Assembly (NCBI GenBank): GCA_965263035.1 | Contig: OZ253580.1 | Coordinates: 4,032,001 to 4,096,000, forward strand | Reading direction: 5' to 3' | Source of the DNA: Acidobacteriota bacterium | GTDB lineage: Bacteria; Acidobacteriota; UBA6911; RPQK01; JAJDTT01 | DNA: 64,000 nt | Part shown: one piece after another, positions 1 to 7,892 of the stretch | Layout: the number at the start of each line of letters is the position of its first letter | How positions within the stretch are numbered: the first letter of the stretch is position 1 | Position numbers and translations under genes: made by a program | The notes under the pieces: generated by a model | Database searches by the model: none | Told to the model about the DNA's origin: nothing | What the model saw: the letters and a program-made list of their open reading frames with translations, nothing else

Positions 1-147
1 GTCCCCAGGCATACGCCACATGGAATAGGTCTCCTGGTAGAAGGGTGTCATGAGCACCTGATGAATGGTGTAGCCCAGGACCTCATGCACGACCAGAACC
101 GCTACGAGGGCCAAGAAGAATTTCTTGCTGTTCACGTTAGTGCTCAT
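1..147 (-). CDS. Small membrane protein, 5' part only (runs off the window)
   Basis: Hand translation from ATG 147: MSTNVNSKKFFLALVAVLVVHEVLGYTIHQVLMTPFYQETYSMWRMPGD, open to base 1; GGGAGG SD upstream; hydrophobic N-terminal helix. Confidence 0.65.
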   Translation of the reverse strand, partial: MSTNVNSKKFFLALVAVLVVHEVLGYTIHQVLMTPFYQETYSMWRMPGD

Positions 148-483
148 TCGCTTTCCTCCCACGAAATGAATCCTGTGTCGTACCGCACGGCAAGACGCGA
201 ACGCCTCGTGCCGGCTCCAATATGCCACCGCCGTCACCCGCCATTCCGGTGAAGAGCCGGGGGTCGAGCTTGGAGAGGTCGTCCACACAGGCCCGAAAGT
301 CGGTCACAGTGCGATGGAGCTTCGCACGGATTGGCTCGGGACCGATCTGCAACCGCATCGACAAGGACTCGATTCTTGTTCGCGGTGCCGGCTGAATCAA
401 TGGTGCAACCTCGCAATCATGGACTTGACCTCCAGGAATACAAGGTTTTTCAAGGGGACAAGATAATTGGCCCCATTTCCTGC

Positions 484-520
484 TTGTCGATAGGTGTACT
501 GTGTGATATAGTACACCTAT
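484..520 (+). promoter_or_regulatory. Sigma70 promoter overlapped by a YtrA-type operator palindrome
   Basis: TTGTCG (484-489)-N17-TATAGT (507-512) with TG extension; perfect 11-bp inverted repeat ATAGGTGTACT (490-500)-N9-AGTACACCTAT (510-520) overlapping the ATG at 519. Confidence 0.85.
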
Positions 521-932
521 GCTTCCCTTTACGGTCCGGTTGCGCACCGGGGTCTCGGTCTACCGCCAACTGGTCTATGCGGTTCAGAAGGCGGTGGTCT
601 CGGGACAGTTGCTTCCCGGCGACCGGTTTCCTTCCGTACGCAACCTGAGCCAGGAACTCCGGATCAATCCCAACACGGCTCAGAAGGTGGTGAGGCGGCT
701 GGTGGATCAGGGGCTCCTCGAAGTCCAGCCGGGCATCGGCACCATCGTCGGCCAGCTTCCTGAGGCAACGCCACGAGAACGCTCGGCGCTGCTGGAGGAC
801 GAGGTCGAGCAGGTGGTGGTGGAGGCGAGAAGGTTGTCCCTCACCCGGGATCAACTGGTTCGAGCCGTCGAGGACCAGTGGGACCGCCTCTCGCAAGCCC
901 GGAACCCGCGGAAGCAGGAGAAGGAGGACTGA
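519..932 (+). CDS. GntR family regulator, YtrA subfamily
   Basis: wHTH motif LLPGDRFPSVRNLSQELRINPNTAQK, short C-terminus, followed by an ABC ATPase. Confidence 0.92.
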   Translation: MLPFTVRLRTGVSVYRQLVYAVQKAVVSGQLLPGDRFPSVRNLSQELRINPNTAQKVVRRLVDQGLLEVQPGIGTIVGQLPEATPRERSALLEDEVEQVVVEARRLSLTRDQLVRAVEDQWDRLSQARNPRKQEKED

Positions 933-933
933 G

Positions 934-1851
934 ATGAACGCCGTAATCGAAGCCCGAGGACTGACCCGTCGATTTTGGAAGACCGTCGCCGTCAGGGATC
1001 TCTCTCTGGAGGTCCCGGCCGGCAGCATCTTCGCCCTGCTCGGGCCCAACGGCGCCGGTAAGACCACGCTCATCAAGATGGTCATGAACATGATCCGGCC
1101 CTCAGGCGGCAGGGCCGTGATTCTGGGGACCGATTCGCTCCGGTTGGGACCGCTCCAGTTGGAACGGATCGGTTACGTCTCCGAGAATCAGGAGCTTCCG
1201 GAATGGATGACTGTCCAGGAGCTGATCGATTACTGCCGGTCCTTTTACCCGGCTTGGGACGACGACTTGTGCCGCCGGCTGATCCACCAGTTCAACCTCC
1301 CCCTGGCGCGGAAGCTGAAGACTTTTTCCCGAGGGATGAAGGTCAAGGCGGCGCTGTTGTCGTCCCTTTCCTACCGGCCGGAACTGATGATTCTGGACGA
1401 GCCCTTCACCGGCCTGGACGCCCTGGTCCGGGATGAACTGATTCGGGGTCTGCTGGAAGTGACGGAACAGGAGAAGCGGACCATTTTCATCGCGTCCCAC
1501 GATATCGACGAAGTGGAGCGTCTGGCCGATTGGGTGGGAGTGATCCACAAGGGCGAGATGCAGTTGTCCGAGCCCGCCGCGTCGCTGCGGGCCCGTTTCC
1601 GTCAATGCGAGGCGACATTGGAGCCAGGCCAGGAGCTACCGGAGACGTTGCCGGAAACATGGCTGCTGGCAGAGCGGGCCGGACAGGTCCTCCGTTTCGT
1701 GGACAGCGGATTCCAAAACCAGACTGGCGCGGAAGACATTCGGGAGGTCCTTCCGGAGATCAAGGCCCTGGACGTGAGTCCCATGGCGCTGAAGGAGATC
1801 TTTCTGGCTCTGGCCCGGACCTACCGGCTCTACGATGAGGAGGAGGCATGA
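934..1851 (+). CDS. ABC transporter ATP-binding protein (YtrB-like)
   Basis: Walker A GPNGAGKTT, signature FSRGM, Walker B ILDEPF, H-loop SHD. Confidence 0.95.
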   Translation: MNAVIEARGLTRRFWKTVAVRDLSLEVPAGSIFALLGPNGAGKTTLIKMVMNMIRPSGGRAVILGTDSLRLGPLQLERIGYVSENQELPEWMTVQELIDYCRSFYPAWDDDLCRRLIHQFNLPLARKLKTFSRGMKVKAALLSSLSYRPELMILDEPFTGLDALVRDELIRGLLEVTEQEKRTIFIASHDIDEVERLADWVGVIHKGEMQLSEPAASLRARFRQCEATLEPGQELPETLPETWLLAERAGQVLRFVDSGFQNQTGAEDIREVLPEIKALDVSPMALKEIFLALARTYRLYDEEEA

Positions 1852-3500
1852 AGCTGGTCTGGCACATCGTTCGCAAGGACTTTCGGCGCCTGCGTCTCTA
1901 CTTGGCCGGGTGGTTGGGATTGTTGATCGTCGCGCCCATTGTCGTCGCGCTCGATTGGGGCCTACATTTCCCCTCGATCATTCTTGTTGGAGTGCTGAAG
2001 ATTGTCTCCCTGGCGTTGATTGTTTCGATGTCGGTTCAGGGCGACTCTCTCGTGGGCAGCACGTCATTCTGGCTGAGCAGGCCCGTTTCCGCTCGGCAGC
2101 TACTGGCGGGCAAGTCGGTCTTTTTGGCGGGCGCACTGATTTTCCCGACTCTTTTGGTGGAAGTCCTATTTCTCCTTTTTAATAGAGTGACCGCGTGGGA
2201 CATCCTTCGTTCCGTTCCTCAGACCCTGTTCTACTCTATCTTGGCAGTTGCAATCCTCATGGTGCTAGCGGCTGTGACTCGTAACCTTCTCCAGATGCTG
2301 GCTTTTGGACTTGTCTCTGTGGTCGTTATGACTCTGTTATTTATTGTAACAGCGGAGATCTTGCCTTCTAGCCATCGCTTCGCTATCGATCCTATGGCCA
2401 GGATGACTCTGCAAAGTTCGAAATGGATAGGTTTTTTTCTGTGCCTTACGGTAACGGCCGTGATCATGGTCTGCATTCAGTATCTGACCCGACGGACCAA
2501 GCTAAATGCAATCCTGACATTGTCGGCACTTCTCCCCTGCATTCTGCTAGCGCAATTGTGGAAATGGGACATCGTGGCTGCGGTACGGAGACCGGAGCGT
2601 ACTATCGTAGATCCGGGGAGGTTTGCGGCACGGATCGACCAGCAGAGTCTCAGGTTTTACCAAAAGGCCTCTACGTCGTTGCGAGACAGACGGATGGTTC
2701 TCCACGGGACCATCGTAGTTGAGAATCATCTTCCCGATCTGATTGTCGTGCCAATTCAGGTCCGTTCCAACGTGTCATTTGGATCCGGATTATTTGGATC
2801 CGGAGATTTCGGCTATAGCGAGCGCGACGTGAACGAGTATGAAGACAGGCAACTTAGAGCCGGAGGCTTTGATTTTGGTGACTTGGATCTGGATGACGGG
2901 CGAGTCGAGGTTTTAGAAGAGGCTCTTGGGGGTGTGCGACTTATAGCCAACAAGTACAGACTTGAACCTGGGTATGTTCCCAGTTTCTTGGAGATTCCCG
3001 TAGAGGACTATGAAAGAAGGGCGGCAACCGGTGGCAAGCTCTCGGCGAAGGTAGATTTCTTGATTCAAAAGCTTGAGATCACGCCGCTGGCCATGGAAGA
3101 GGGCGCTAGATATCGCCGTGGCTCAGATCGCGCCGAAGTCCACGAAGTGACCATTAATGTAAGACATATGGTATGGATCAGCCTGAAGGAGTCAAGCCAT
3201 AGGCTGTTGTCGGATCAGCTGGAACGCAGGTGGTACGTTATGCGTAATCGCTCTCGGGGGGAGGCACTATTGGGGGACGAACTTAGCTCCAACTATTTCG
3301 GGGGAGTTCGTTTCATTCTCCCTACAGTGAGTTCCAATTATTTGCGGCTAGATTTCTCCCTGCCCTCGAATGATCCCTCTTACGGTTCTGAATGGTTCGA
3401 AGGATCTGAACTCTTCAGAATCGACGTCACGTATCTGGGTTCTTTCTCCAAAACGATCCGAATGGAGAACCTCGTCCTGAAGGACATCCCCGGTCCCTGA
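1848..3500 (+). CDS. ABC permease-like membrane protein with a large extracytoplasmic C-terminal domain
   Basis: ATGA overlap with the ATPase; about 7 hydrophobic segments; FWLSRPVSARQLLAGK ABC-2-like motif. Confidence 0.8.
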   Translation: MKLVWHIVRKDFRRLRLYLAGWLGLLIVAPIVVALDWGLHFPSIILVGVLKIVSLALIVSMSVQGDSLVGSTSFWLSRPVSARQLLAGKSVFLAGALIFPTLLVEVLFLLFNRVTAWDILRSVPQTLFYSILAVAILMVLAAVTRNLLQMLAFGLVSVVVMTLLFIVTAEILPSSHRFAIDPMARMTLQSSKWIGFFLCLTVTAVIMVCIQYLTRRTKLNAILTLSALLPCILLAQLWKWDIVAAVRRPERTIVDPGRFAARIDQQSLRFYQKASTSLRDRRMVLHGTIVVENHLPDLIVVPIQVRSNVSFGSGLFGSGDFGYSERDVNEYEDRQLRAGGFDFGDLDLDDGRVEVLEEALGGVRLIANKYRLEPGYVPSFLEIPVEDYERRAATGGKLSAKVDFLIQKLEITPLAMEEGARYRRGSDRAEVHEVTINVRHMVWISLKESSHRLLSDQLERRWYVMRNRSRGEALLGDELSSNYFGGVRFILPTVSSNYLRLDFSLPSNDPSYGSEWFEGSELFRIDVTYLGSFSKTIRMENLVLKDIPGP

Positions 3501-3562
3501 CCGGCTCGATTGTTGATTCCGGGGTATCCGGCTGCTATCAATCTCGCAAGGAGGAAGCGCCA

Positions 3563-5119
3563 ATGAAGCCCGGACCACGCCAAACGAATCGTAACGATCA
3601 ACTGGACCGACGCCGATTCATCCAGGGGAGCGCCGTCACCGCCCTGACCGCGGCCGCTTCCTGCGCCGGACCGGGAAGCGATTCCGGCGGCCCCGCAACG
3701 GCCATCGAACTGGAGAACCGCAAGCCGGGCACCCGGGACTGGCAGCTGACCCGGGTCTGGGTCGACCGCGGAAGCTACCGCAGCGCCCACGTCGAGGGGT
3801 ACTGCTCCCACCAGTCCATCGAGGCGGGCGACACTCTCTCCATCTTCGTCAGCGCCGAACCCGCCCGCCCCTTCCGGGTGGACATCTACCGGATGGGCTA
3901 CTACGGCGGCCACGGCGGACGCCTGATGAAGACGGTGGGGCCGTTGGAGGGCAAGCCCCAACCCTTGCCGGAGGTCGGGCTCAATCGGCTGCGCGAGTGC
4001 CGCTGGGAACCGAGCCTCGAATTCAAGATCCCCGAGGACTGGACCAGCGGAGTCTATCTGGGCAAGCTCACCACGCTCCCGGCGGGGAACCAGCCCTACT
4101 GGCAGAGCTACGTGATCTTCATCGTCCGGGACCGGCGGCCGGCGCACCTGCTCTTCCAGTGCTCGGACAACACCTGGCAGGCCTACAACCGCTGGCCCGA
4201 CAACTATTCCCTCTACACCCATCCCGAGGGGGCCCATCATCCCGGTGTGGCGGCCAGCTTCGACCGGCCCTACGCCAAGTTCCCCATGTTCGCCGATTTC
4301 CCCCTTTCGGTGGGGACGGGGGAGTTCCTGCTCTGGGAGTATCCCCTCTGCTACTGGATGGAACGGGAAGGGCTGGACGTCACCTATTGCAGCAACAGCG
4401 ACGTGCTCGAACCGTCGTTCGTGACCCGCTGCCGGGCCTTCGTCAGCGTCGGACACGACGAGTACTGGGATCTGGCCCAGTACCGGGCCATCGAGACCGC
4501 CATAGGTGAAGGAGTCAACGTCCTCTGGCTCAGCGCCAACGACGTCTACATGGTCAGTCCCTTCACCGCGTCCGCGACCGGCGCCCCCAACCGGATCATC
4601 ACCCGGCTCCACAGCTACGGCCCCTTGCGTCCCGAAGAGATCGAGAGATATTCGGAGATTCTGGGTCCCTTCGAGGGGGCCGGCCCCGACGAGCGGAACA
4701 TCATCGGTGCCCGCACCGTGGTCCCCTTCAATGGATCCGGCGACTGGATCTGCACGGCTCCGGATCACTGGATCTTCGAGGGGACCGGCATGGCGAAGGG
4801 GGACTTCATTTCGGGTCTGGTGGGCTGGGAGTTTCACGGCGACCCGGACCTGGAGCGGGAGGGCCTCGAGGTCGTGGCCCAAGGGACCGTCTGGACCCAC
4901 GGAGTGACTCCGGGCGAGTGGGCCGCCACCATCTTCCCCGGTCCCAAGGGGAACTTCGTCTTCAATGCTTCCACCATCTTCTGGGCGCAGGGTCTGGACT
5001 CTCCGCCGGGGCACACGGTGCCTTGGACTCACTTCACCCGGCCCCTCGGCCCCGACCCGAGGGTGCAGCGCATCACCCGGAACCTCATCGACCGGGCCGC
5101 CGCGCCGAACCCCCTCTGA
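3563..5119 (+). CDS. N,N-dimethylformamidase beta-subunit-like protein, probable Tat lipoprotein
   Basis: RRRFIQ...AASC signal; motifs IELEN, YRMGYYGG, TWQAYN, SFDRPY, VGHDEYW; AGGAGG SD. Confidence 0.75.
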   Translation: MKPGPRQTNRNDQLDRRRFIQGSAVTALTAAASCAGPGSDSGGPATAIELENRKPGTRDWQLTRVWVDRGSYRSAHVEGYCSHQSIEAGDTLSIFVSAEPARPFRVDIYRMGYYGGHGGRLMKTVGPLEGKPQPLPEVGLNRLRECRWEPSLEFKIPEDWTSGVYLGKLTTLPAGNQPYWQSYVIFIVRDRRPAHLLFQCSDNTWQAYNRWPDNYSLYTHPEGAHHPGVAASFDRPYAKFPMFADFPLSVGTGEFLLWEYPLCYWMEREGLDVTYCSNSDVLEPSFVTRCRAFVSVGHDEYWDLAQYRAIETAIGEGVNVLWLSANDVYMVSPFTASATGAPNRIITRLHSYGPLRPEEIERYSEILGPFEGAGPDERNIIGARTVVPFNGSGDWICTAPDHWIFEGTGMAKGDFISGLVGWEFHGDPDLEREGLEVVAQGTVWTHGVTPGEWAATIFPGPKGNFVFNASTIFWAQGLDSPPGHTVPWTHFTRPLGPDPRVQRITRNLIDRAAAPNPL

Positions 5120-5136
5120 GGGAACGCCCCATCGCC

Positions 5137-6042
5137 ATGAGCCTGACGTTGTTGGTGCTGGCCGCCGGAATGGGCAGCCGCTACGGAGGCCTCAAGCAGA
5201 TCGACCCGGTGGGACCCGGCGGGGAGACGCTGCTGGACTACTCCGTCTACGACGCCGTCCGCGCCGGTTTCGGCCGCGTGGTCTTCGTCGTGCGCGCGGA
5301 CATGGAGTCGGATTTCCGGAATGCGGTGGGGAGGAGGATCGAGCGGCAGGTGGCGGTGGAATACTGCCGCCAGGAGCTGGATAGGGTTCCCGGGTGGTTC
5401 TCAATTCCGCCTGAGCGCCGCAAGCCCTGGGGGACGGGACATGCCGTGCTGGCGGCCCGGGACGCCATCGGCGGGAACTTCGCCGCAATCAACGCCGACG
5501 ATTTCTACGGCGCCGGCTCCTACCGGAAGCTGGCTGGCCACCTCGAGCAGGCGGCAGGCGGCCGCGGGGGCGACTACGGCATGGTGGGATTCCGTTTGCG
5601 CGATACGCTCTCGGATCACGGCACCGTGGCCCGGGGGGTCTGCCGCAGCCGACAGGGTCTCCTGGATCAGGTGGCGGAGATGACGCGAATCGAGAAGACC
5701 GGCCGGGGAGCTCGCTACACCGGCCCGGCGGGGCGGGTCCACGCCCTCTCCGGGGACGAGCTGGTATCCATGAACATGTGGGGGTTCACCCCCACCATCT
5801 TCGAACACCTGGGACGGGCGTTCCACCGGTTCCTGGAAGAACGGGGCGGGGAAGAGGGGGCCGAGTTCATGATTCCCACCCTGGTCAACGACCTCGCCGC
5901 CGCCGGCCAAGTGAGGGTCCGGGTGCTCAGTGCCGTCGATGCCTGGTTCGGGGTCACCTACCGGGAGGACCGCGACCGGGTCACGAGTCAGCTTCGGGAG
6001 CTGGTGCGCCGCGGATCCTATCCCACCCCCCTTTGGGGATAA
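5137..6042 (+). CDS. Sugar-phosphate nucleotidyltransferase (NTP_transferase fold)
   Basis: LAAGMGSRYGGLKQ, KPWGTGHA, INADDFYG, WFGVTY; start moved to ATG 5137. Confidence 0.88.
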   Translation: MSLTLLVLAAGMGSRYGGLKQIDPVGPGGETLLDYSVYDAVRAGFGRVVFVVRADMESDFRNAVGRRIERQVAVEYCRQELDRVPGWFSIPPERRKPWGTGHAVLAARDAIGGNFAAINADDFYGAGSYRKLAGHLEQAAGGRGGDYGMVGFRLRDTLSDHGTVARGVCRSRQGLLDQVAEMTRIEKTGRGARYTGPAGRVHALSGDELVSMNMWGFTPTIFEHLGRAFHRFLEERGGEEGAEFMIPTLVNDLAAAGQVRVRVLSAVDAWFGVTYREDRDRVTSQLRELVRRGSYPTPLWG

Positions 6043-6121
6043 TCGGGAATTGGGAACTGATCCCTCATAGAAGCTGGTCCACCGGCCGCGGGTTCGTGCA
6101 ATCCGGGCAGGAAAAAGGGGC

Positions 6122-6194
6122 GTGGGAGCGGAGGCTTTTCAGCCGGCGGTTCCGGGTCGGCGTTGAAGAGGGGGACAAGACTGTCCTCCCTCCC
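6122..6194. repeat. REP-like doublet, copy A
   Basis: Roughly 85-90% identical by eye to the reverse complement of 55303-55376; two inward-facing GC-rich hairpin units. Confidence 0.8.
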
Positions 6195-6240
6195 GGATCG
6201 CCTCTGCGTGGCAGGCGTCTTCGGATAATTTGGCGATTAT

Positions 6241-6292
6241 TTTGCTATAAATAGTAAATTGTGAGTCAGTTTTTACTATTGATAGTAAAAAC
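6241..6292. promoter_or_regulatory. Tandem palindromic operator-like sites TTT(A/G)CTAT-N2-ATAGTAAA
   Basis: Site 1 at 6241-6258 (one mismatch); site 2 GTTTTTACTAT-TG-ATAGTAAAAAC at 6269-6292 (perfect 11-bp arms); AT-rich patch upstream of the DUF1501 operon. Confidence 0.7.
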
Positions 6293-6411
6293 ACCTCCCA
6301 TTAGGGAAAACCAGTGGGTGACGATGCCACGGCAAGACCGGAACGGCGCTTGACACGGTGTCGGCTCCAAAGGTACCTTCCGATTCATATATCTACCCCG
6401 GTGGTGATCCC

Positions 6412-7887
6412 ATGAACTTACCTGAATGTCTCCAGTTTCCGGGACCCAATTCCATTTCCCGGCGGCAACTTCTGGCCCGGTCCGGACTCGGTTTCGGCAG
6501 CATCGCGCTGGCCAGCCTCCTGGATTCCGAAAACCTCCTGGGGACTCCGGCGTTCGACAAGTCCCGGCCCTACATGGACCTCAAGCCGCGGAAAGGCCAC
6601 TTTCCGGGTCCGGCCAAGGCGGTGATCCAGTTGGTCCAGAACGGCGGACCCAGCCAGATGGATCTGTTCGACCCCAAGCCCGAGCTCACCAAGAGAGCCG
6701 GCCAGCCCCATCCCGACGGCGTGGAGATCCATCAGCCCAACAACCTGAACATCCTCATGCCCTGCCCCTACGAGTTCAAGCAGCACGGCGAGTCGGGCAT
6801 GGAGATCGCGGAGGTCTTGCCCCACCTGAGCGGCATGGCGGACGAACTCTGCATGGTCCGGTCCATGTACTCGGTGCACAACAACCATCCCGAGGGGCTC
6901 AACAATCTCCTCACCTCCCAGATCTTTCCGGGCCGGCCGGTGATGGGCTCCTGGATCAGCTACGCCCTGGGCACCGAGAATCAGAACCTTCCCGCCTACG
7001 TGGTGCTGCGGGCTCCGGAGGGGTACAGCGTCAGCGGTAAGATCCTCTGGTCCAGCGGCTGGCTCCCGGCCCTCTACCAGGGGGTCGAGTTCAGTTCCGT
7101 CGGATCACCCGTGCATCATCTCCAGCAGGAGGTCCCCCTGCCTCCGGGCGTGCAACGGCAGAGCCTGGACCTGTTGGCTCGTCTCAACCAACGTCATCTC
7201 GTCGACCACCCGCAGACGTCGGAGTTGGAAGCACGAATCCAGAACTACGAACTGGCGGCGAGGATGCAGTTGGCTGCGGCCGACATCCTGGATCTTTCCC
7301 AGGAATCGGAAGCCACCCGGAAGATGTACGGCCTGGACAACCCCATGACGGCCCCGTATGCGACCCGCTGTCTCATGGCTCGGCGCCTGGTGGAGTCGGG
7401 AGTCCGGTTCGTGCAGGTCTTCTCCGGCAAGGGACAGCCCTGGGACAGCCACAGCAAGCTCAAGACCGGCCTGGCCAAGATCTGCGCCAACACGGACCAG
7501 CCGACGGCCGCCCTGATCAAGGACCTGAAGAGCCGGGGCCTGCTCGAGAGCACCATCATCATGTGGGCCGGCGAGTTCGGGCGGCTCCCCACCACCCAGA
7601 ACTCGGACGGGCGGGACCACAACCGCAACGCCTTCACCATCCTCTTCGCGGGAGGAGGCTTCAAGCCGGGGCTGACTTACGGCGCCACCGACGAGTTCGG
7701 TTACAAGGCGGTGGAGAACCGGGTCAGCTGCCCCGACATGCAGGCCACGTTGTATCGCCTGCTGGGGATCGACCATTCCCGGCTGACCTACCGCCACGGC
7801 GGCCGGGAGGAGACGCCCACCAACCTGGCCATCACCGGCGCCAAGGTGGTGAACGATCTTATCGAGCACCCCCTTCCCGGAGCCTGA
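6412..7887 (+). CDS. DUF1501 family protein with Tat signal
   Basis: SRRQLL...GFGSIALASLL; GGPSQMDLFDPKP, CLMARRLVESGVRFVQ, WDSH, GEFGRLP, GRDHN, YGATDEFG. Confidence 0.9.
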   Translation: MNLPECLQFPGPNSISRRQLLARSGLGFGSIALASLLDSENLLGTPAFDKSRPYMDLKPRKGHFPGPAKAVIQLVQNGGPSQMDLFDPKPELTKRAGQPHPDGVEIHQPNNLNILMPCPYEFKQHGESGMEIAEVLPHLSGMADELCMVRSMYSVHNNHPEGLNNLLTSQIFPGRPVMGSWISYALGTENQNLPAYVVLRAPEGYSVSGKILWSSGWLPALYQGVEFSSVGSPVHHLQQEVPLPPGVQRQSLDLLARLNQRHLVDHPQTSELEARIQNYELAARMQLAAADILDLSQESEATRKMYGLDNPMTAPYATRCLMARRLVESGVRFVQVFSGKGQPWDSHSKLKTGLAKICANTDQPTAALIKDLKSRGLLESTIIMWAGEFGRLPTTQNSDGRDHNRNAFTILFAGGGFKPGLTYGATDEFGYKAVENRVSCPDMQATLYRLLGIDHSRLTYRHGGREETPTNLAITGAKVVNDLIEHPLPGA

Positions 7888-7892
7888 CGTCC

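Noticed and set aside
150-480. Possible sRNA or small ORF in the first intergenic region
   Set aside because: No convincing structure, repeat, SD-linked ORF or motif found by eye.
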